A DNA stretch of 64,000 nucleotides from Devosiaceae bacterium (lineage in GTDB: Bacteria > Pseudomonadota > Alphaproteobacteria > Rhizobiales > Devosiaceae): the NCBI GenBank assembly GCA_963676075.2, contig CAXXNZ010000024.1:32198-96197 (forward strand), in the 5' to 3' direction. The notes below the pieces were generated by a model, which worked only from the letters and a program-made list of their open reading frames with translations, ran no database searches and had not been told where the DNA came from. This document shows positions 59,269 through 64,000 of this stretch, in pieces. Numbering within the stretch: the stretch's first letter is position 1; every line of letters begins with the position of its first letter. Made by a program: the position numbers and the translations under genes.

Positions 59269-60276
59269 GTGTCCGAGCAATCGCCGGCAGAGCAAAACGC
59301 GAAAGCGATCGGGGAAGCTGCTTCGACAAACGGGAGCTCTCTGCTCTCGCGGTTTTTTGCCGTAAGGGAAGCGCCGATCTTCATCATGTTGGCGCTGCTG
59401 TTCATCATCTTGTCGGTGATCAGTCCCTATTTCCTGACAGCGCGCAATCTCGCCAACGTCGCCCAGCAGATTTCGGTTGTGGGAATCGTCGCCCTGGGTG
59501 AGGCGCTGGTGATCATCTCGGGCGGGCTCGACCTTTCGGTCGGCGCTGTCATCGGCCTGTCCGCAGTCTCGGCCGCGTTGGTCGCCCAGCATACCGGCAG
59601 TCCGTCTCTGGGCATTTTCGCCGCCATCGGCGTCGGCGCGCTGTTTGGGGCAGCCAATGGCCTGTTCGTGGCGCGTCTGAAGATCAATCCCTTCATCACG
59701 ACACTCGGCACCATGTCGGTGGCGCGCGGCACGGCGCTTCTGATCACCAATGCCCGTCCGCAACAGTTCGACAACTGGGCAACCTTTCTCGGTGGCGGGC
59801 GCATTTTCGGCGTGCCGGCACAGTTTGTCTGGCTGGTTCTGCTGTCAATCATGGTCTGGATCTTCGCCACCCGCACGCGCTGGGGTCGCAACATCTACGC
59901 CATGGGTGACAGCCTAAAGGCCGCCCGCTACGCCGGCGTCGATACCGACAAGCTGACGATCGGGGTCTTCACCCTGTCCGGCACGCTGGCGGGTTTCGGC
60001 GGCCTGCTCATCGCCGGTCTTCTCAACAACGCCAACCCCAATCTCGGCCTCGGCTACGAAATGGACGTCATCGCAGCGGTCATTCTCGGCGGCGTGGCCC
60101 TGACCGGCGGGCGTGGCGCCATTCCCGGCGTCGTTGCCGGCGCGGCGCTGATGGGCCTGTTGCGCAATGGCTTCGTGCTTCTGAGCGTTTCGGCTTACTG
60201 GCAGACGATCGTCATCGGCCTGGTCGTCCTGTTCGCGGTCGGCGCCGACAGCTTCAGCCGCCGCGGCAAGGAATAG
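59269..60276 (+). CDS. sugar ABC transporter permease (RbsC-like)
   Basis: 335 aa with a GTG start after GGGAGG. Multi-pass membrane protein with RbsC/AraH-type blocks (GGLDLSVGAV, TLGTMSVARG). Confidence 0.85.
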   Translation: MSEQSPAEQNAKAIGEAASTNGSSLLSRFFAVREAPIFIMLALLFIILSVISPYFLTARNLANVAQQISVVGIVALGEALVIISGGLDLSVGAVIGLSAVSAALVAQHTGSPSLGIFAAIGVGALFGAANGLFVARLKINPFITTLGTMSVARGTALLITNARPQQFDNWATFLGGGRIFGVPAQFVWLVLLSIMVWIFATRTRWGRNIYAMGDSLKAARYAGVDTDKLTIGVFTLSGTLAGFGGLLIAGLLNNANPNLGLGYEMDVIAAVILGGVALTGGRGAIPGVVAGAALMGLLRNGFVLLSVSAYWQTIVIGLVVLFAVGADSFSRRGKE

Positions 60277-60318
60277 CCGTACCAACCAAGACCAAGATCA
60301 ACTCAAGTGGAGGAAACC

Positions 60319-61326
60319 ATGAGTATTACCAGCCTTACACGGCGTCGCTTCCTGACGGCGACCGGCGCAGGTCTCGTCATTCCGATGATTCCGAGCCTGT
60401 CGTTCGGCGCGGAAGTCGCGCTGCCCCCCGAAGCCGTGGAGTTCGGCGCAACGGTCAAGGCACTCGGCGCCTCGCCCCGCCCGCTGCGCATTGCCTGCCT
60501 GTCCTTCCAGAGTGCTGCATTCTGGGACGCGGTCTCCGAAGGTATCGTTTCGGCCAAGAACTATCTGGCGCCACTCAATTCGACCGTCGACCATCTGTCC
60601 TATGGCACGTCCATCGACGTCGAATCCGTCGTCAATGGTCTCAACGCTGCGCTGGCCAAACAGTATGACGGCATCGCCGCCGTCACCGTGTTCGACGGTG
60701 CGGTGTCCAAGGTCAACGAGGTCATCGCCGCCGGCGTGCCGTTGATCAACTATGTGGCCGATTCCGCCGAGCGCTCCAACCGCACCTCCTCGCTCGGCCA
60801 GGTGGCCATCAATGCCGGCAAGGCGGCTGGCGAGTTCATTTCCAACCAGCTCGGCGGCAAGGGCAAGGTAGCGGTCATCACCGGCTGGTTCGGCGCGCCG
60901 CAGCTCGACGACCGCATGAACGGCATGATCGACTATCTCAAGGCCAACGCGCCGGGCATCGACATCATCGAGCCGATCGAGAACAAGGACGATGCCAATA
61001 CCGCCTACCAGCAGGCCTCCGACCTGATCACAGCGCACCAGGACCTTGACGTCATCTACGTCACCGGCGGCGGCCCGGAAGGTGCGGCCAAGGCGATCCG
61101 CGACGCAGATCTGACCGGCAAGGTCTTTGTCGTCGGCTACGACTACCTGCCTGACCGCAAGACCTATCTCGATCAGGGCGAAATGCTGGCGTTGGTCAGC
61201 CAGGACCCGCAGCGGCAGTCTTTCGACTCCATCGTCATGCTGCACAACATCCTCGCTTTCGGCACCGAGTATCCGGCCGATATCGAGATCGAGGCCCGGA
61301 TGACAACCGGCAAATACGCCAAATAG
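60319..61326 (+). CDS. sugar ABC transporter substrate-binding protein (RbsB-like) with a Tat-type signal
   Basis: ATG 60319 follows GGAGG. N-terminus MSITSLTRRRFLTATGAGL. Confidence 0.85.
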   Translation: MSITSLTRRRFLTATGAGLVIPMIPSLSFGAEVALPPEAVEFGATVKALGASPRPLRIACLSFQSAAFWDAVSEGIVSAKNYLAPLNSTVDHLSYGTSIDVESVVNGLNAALAKQYDGIAAVTVFDGAVSKVNEVIAAGVPLINYVADSAERSNRTSSLGQVAINAGKAAGEFISNQLGGKGKVAVITGWFGAPQLDDRMNGMIDYLKANAPGIDIIEPIENKDDANTAYQQASDLITAHQDLDVIYVTGGGPEGAAKAIRDADLTGKVFVVGYDYLPDRKTYLDQGEMLALVSQDPQRQSFDSIVMLHNILAFGTEYPADIEIEARMTTGKYAK

Positions 61327-61383
61327 CCTTTCGGCCGGCCCGCATGCGGGCCGGCTTCATCTCCTCTGCCCGGAACGTTTCCC

Positions 61384-62877
61384 ATGCCCGAACCTTTTGC
61401 CACAGCCTCAGGCGCGCCATTTCTTGAACTGCGCCATATCGTCAAGAGCTTCGACGGCGTGACAGTCCTGAAACAGGTGGACTTCACGGTCACCGAAGGC
61501 GAGATCATCGGCCTGATCGGCGAAAACGGCGCCGGCAAGAGCACCTGCATGAACATCATTGCCGGCGAGCTAGCGCCCAATGATGGCGACGTGCTGATCG
61601 ACGGCAAGCCCGTACGTCTCAACGGCGTCTCGGCCGGGCTGGATCAGGGCATCCGCTTCATCCACCAGGAGTTGTCGCTGGTGGGCGCCCTAACCGTGGC
61701 CGAAAACATATTTCTCGGTGATTACGCCTCCAACCGGTTCGGCTTTCTCGACAGGAAGAAGCTGAAAAAGGCGGCCGCCGAAACGCTTGCGCGCGTGCGC
61801 GCCAGCCACATCGATCCCCTGACGCGGGTGGAAACCCTGCGCGCCGGTGACCAGCAGATGGTCGAGATCGCCAAAGCGCTGGCGCACGGCCGGCCGCGCC
61901 TGCTGATCATGGACGAACCGACCTCCTCGCTGACCGAACACGAGGCCTCGGCGCTGTTCGATCTGGCCTCCGAGCTGGCCGCGGCCGGAACGGCGATCAT
62001 CTTCATCACCCACCGTCTGGAGGAAATCCAGGCCATCAGTCACCGCGTCGTCGTTCTGCGCGACGGCGAAAAGGTGGCCGAACTGCCGGTGCCAGTCAGC
62101 CGTGAAACCATGATCGCCCAGATGGTCGGCAAGGAATCCGCTGTTTCGCAGCCGGTTATACGAACGGTCGATGGCGAGCCGGTCCTGCGGGTCAACGACA
62201 TCAGCGATGGCAACCTGGCAAATATCGTCTTCGAGTTGCGCCGTGGCGAAATTCTCGGGCTTTTCGGCCTGGTCGGCTCCGGCCGAACCGAACTGCTTGA
62301 AATCCTGTTCGGCATCCGTCCGAAAAGGCGCGGCGAACTCTGGCTTGCCCAAAGCCTGAACAAAGAAACCCCGAGCATTCGCATGGTCACTGAGTCCCGC
62401 AAGACCAGCGGCATCCTCCCCCTGCATTCGGTCGCCGATAACGTGGCTATATCGGCCTGGCCACAATTGCAGCGCGGTCTGTTCATCAACCGCAAGGACC
62501 AGACGGCTTTGGTCGAGGACGCGCGCAATCGCTTCCGCATTCGCGTCGCCCGTACCGAACAGCCGATCACCTCCCTGTCCGGTGGCAACCAGCAAAAGGC
62601 CCTTCTGGCCCGCGCCTTCGCGGCCAAGCCGGATATCCTTCTGCTCGACGAACCGACACACGGCGTCGATGTCGGCGCCAAGGGCGAAATCTACACCCTT
62701 ATCCGGCAGATGGCGGATGCCGGCATGGCGATCATCCTGGCCTCCTCGGAAGTTCCCGAGCTTATGGCCATCGTCGATCGCTGCGTAGTGCTGTCCTTGC
62801 AGCAACAGGCCGGCATCCTGACCCGAGACCAATTGGCGGAAGAACAGCTGCTCAAGCTCGCCTTTTCGCGACACTAA
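61384..62877 (+). CDS. sugar ABC transporter ATP-binding protein (RbsA-like, two fused ATPase domains)
   Basis: 497 aa. Walker A GENGAGKST, then a second domain with signature LSGGNQQKALLARA and Walker B LLLDEPTHGVD. Confidence 0.9.
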   Translation: MPEPFATASGAPFLELRHIVKSFDGVTVLKQVDFTVTEGEIIGLIGENGAGKSTCMNIIAGELAPNDGDVLIDGKPVRLNGVSAGLDQGIRFIHQELSLVGALTVAENIFLGDYASNRFGFLDRKKLKKAAAETLARVRASHIDPLTRVETLRAGDQQMVEIAKALAHGRPRLLIMDEPTSSLTEHEASALFDLASELAAAGTAIIFITHRLEEIQAISHRVVVLRDGEKVAELPVPVSRETMIAQMVGKESAVSQPVIRTVDGEPVLRVNDISDGNLANIVFELRRGEILGLFGLVGSGRTELLEILFGIRPKRRGELWLAQSLNKETPSIRMVTESRKTSGILPLHSVADNVAISAWPQLQRGLFINRKDQTALVEDARNRFRIRVARTEQPITSLSGGNQQKALLARAFAAKPDILLLDEPTHGVDVGAKGEIYTLIRQMADAGMAIILASSEVPELMAIVDRCVVLSLQQQAGILTRDQLAEEQLLKLAFSRH

Positions 62878-62891
62878 CCCTGCGGACGATC

Positions 62892-63536
62892 ATGAAAAAC
62901 GTACTTTGTTTTGGCGATTCAAATACCTGGGGCGCCGTCCCGGTGGAAACCTATGGGGTCAACCGGCGCTATCCGTTGCAAGACCGCTGGCCAAGTGTGC
63001 TCCAATCGGAGCTGGGGCCGGGTTGGCACATCATCGCCGAAGGCCTGCCGGCCCGCACCACGGTGCTCGGAGATGCGGTTGGTGGCGAACACTTTTCCGG
63101 CCTGAGTTACCTCAAGCCCTGCATGCTTAGCCACACGCCGATTGACTGGCTTGTTGTGATGCTCGGCACCAACGACCTCAAGCGGCAATTCGATCTGGAA
63201 CCCCAAGATGTCGCCGAAGGCCTCGATCGTGTTCTGATCGAAGCCAGGGGCGTGGCCGAACTGACCGGCGACACGATGCGAACCCTAGTTGTGTGCCCTC
63301 CGCCCCTGACCGAGACAGGCGTGTTCGCCGCCATGTTCCGTGGCGCCAGCAGCAAGTCCGGACGCCTTGCAGGCCCCATGGAAGCTGTTGCGCGCAAAAG
63401 AAACGCCGGTTTTCTAGATGCTGGCAAGGTCATCTCTTCAAGCACCGTCGACGGCATCCATCTCGCTGCCGATCAGCATATGGCGCTTGGCAAAGCCGTG
63501 GCGAATAGCCTTGCGGAGCTTGAGGCAACGCCCTAA
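62892..63536 (+). CDS. SGNH/GDSL hydrolase family protein (arylesterase-like)
   Basis: 214 aa. Block I is LCFGDSNTWG and block III is GTND. The catalytic DGIH lies near the C-terminus. Confidence 0.75.
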   Translation: MKNVLCFGDSNTWGAVPVETYGVNRRYPLQDRWPSVLQSELGPGWHIIAEGLPARTTVLGDAVGGEHFSGLSYLKPCMLSHTPIDWLVVMLGTNDLKRQFDLEPQDVAEGLDRVLIEARGVAELTGDTMRTLVVCPPPLTETGVFAAMFRGASSKSGRLAGPMEAVARKRNAGFLDAGKVISSSTVDGIHLAADQHMALGKAVANSLAELEATP

Positions 63537-63767
63537 TCGCAAACGCAGCAGCGCACCAAAAATCGTTCCCCGAGCCAACCGCATCAACGCATTGATGACG
63601 TCTTGATATCAAGCTGACGGGCCGAACTGGGGCCGTCACCTGATGTCGGTGTCGCGGCCATCGGTTTTGCCAGAACTGCCGTGTGCGTGTAGAAGCACCG
63701 GCTTCTGTTGACGGCATTGTCCGTGACAGGCGCGTGTCGTAAAACAAGACCAATCGAGGCGTATTAA

Positions 63768-64000
63768 TGATGTGCTCCCCTGGTCGGCGCAGGCGTTTTG
63801 TCTGCGCGCTTATTCTTGCCCTGGCCAGCCTGGTGTCGGCGACCATCGGGGCCGTGGCGGATGATGTTCCCACGGTGCGCATCGGCGTCATCACCCCACG
63901 CGACATCATGGGACCGGAATACAGCTGGGGCGGCACACTCGACCAGCTCTCAAGCGCCCTGCCGCAGTACCGGTTCGTCATGGAGGTTTTCGACCGCGAC
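63768..64000 (+). CDS. N-terminal part of a secreted/periplasmic-domain protein (3' end outside window)
   Basis: The frame is open from ATG 63768 to the window end. My translation is MMCSPGRRRRFVCALILALASLVSATIGAVADDVPTVRIGVITPRD..., a signal peptide followed by a PhnD-like solute-binding fold start. Weak call. Confidence 0.35.

Noticed and set aside
1-64000. CRISPR arrays, rRNA or tRNA genes, integrases, transposases, toxin-antitoxin or restriction-modification genes.
   Set aside because: None was recognised on either strand. The only repeats found are the 1.77-kb duplication, the mcp paralogue segments and the ~100-bp intergenic family.

Overview
GC-rich, densely coding window that looks alphaproteobacterial (Rhizobiales-like) from gene content, a CTTGAC-N17-type promoter and rhizobial-style intergenic repeats. 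This assignment is inference only. Left part (1-16.4 kb): a TolC-family tail, then a sugar/polyol-type catabolic cluster (two Gfo/Idh/MocA oxidoreductases, SDR, GH88-like hydrolase, sugar-phosphate isomerase, TetR) carrying about eight single-base (+1) frameshifts. It is followed by a PotD-type ABC importer with an amidohydrolase, two M20 enzymes, a nucleoside hydrolase and a phosphoribosyltransferase. Centre: a 1,771-bp segment holding a complete GH51 arabinofuranosidase gene occurs twice (16442-18212 and 52042-53812, one mismatch) and brackets 33.8 kb. That block holds an ArsR-type regulator, a CBS protein and a complete NQR-type operon (nqrA-F, apbE and an nqrM-like ORF absent from the ORF track). 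Its NqrB is short and lacks the flavinylation loop. The block also holds a divergent secreted pentahaem cytochrome c, pflBA, kynureninase, a 12-kb chemosensory cluster (STAS-cheY-cheA-cheW-mcp-mcp-cheW-cheR-cheB plus a soluble protein with two degenerate MCP tips) and a family-5 ABC transporter operon. Right part: cspA, small conserved hypotheticals, a transglutaminase-like protein, LacI plus a ribose-type ABC transporter, and an SGNH hydrolase. I recognised no rRNA, tRNA, CRISPR array, transposase or integrase. The most interesting items are the repeat-bracketed block (the topology expected from single-crossover integration of a 35.6-kb circle, or an assembly artefact), the atypical NQR/cytochrome module, and the double-tip MCP-like protein. 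All ten frameshifts I could localise need removal of one base, which points to a technical cause, although eight of them cluster in 5 kb.
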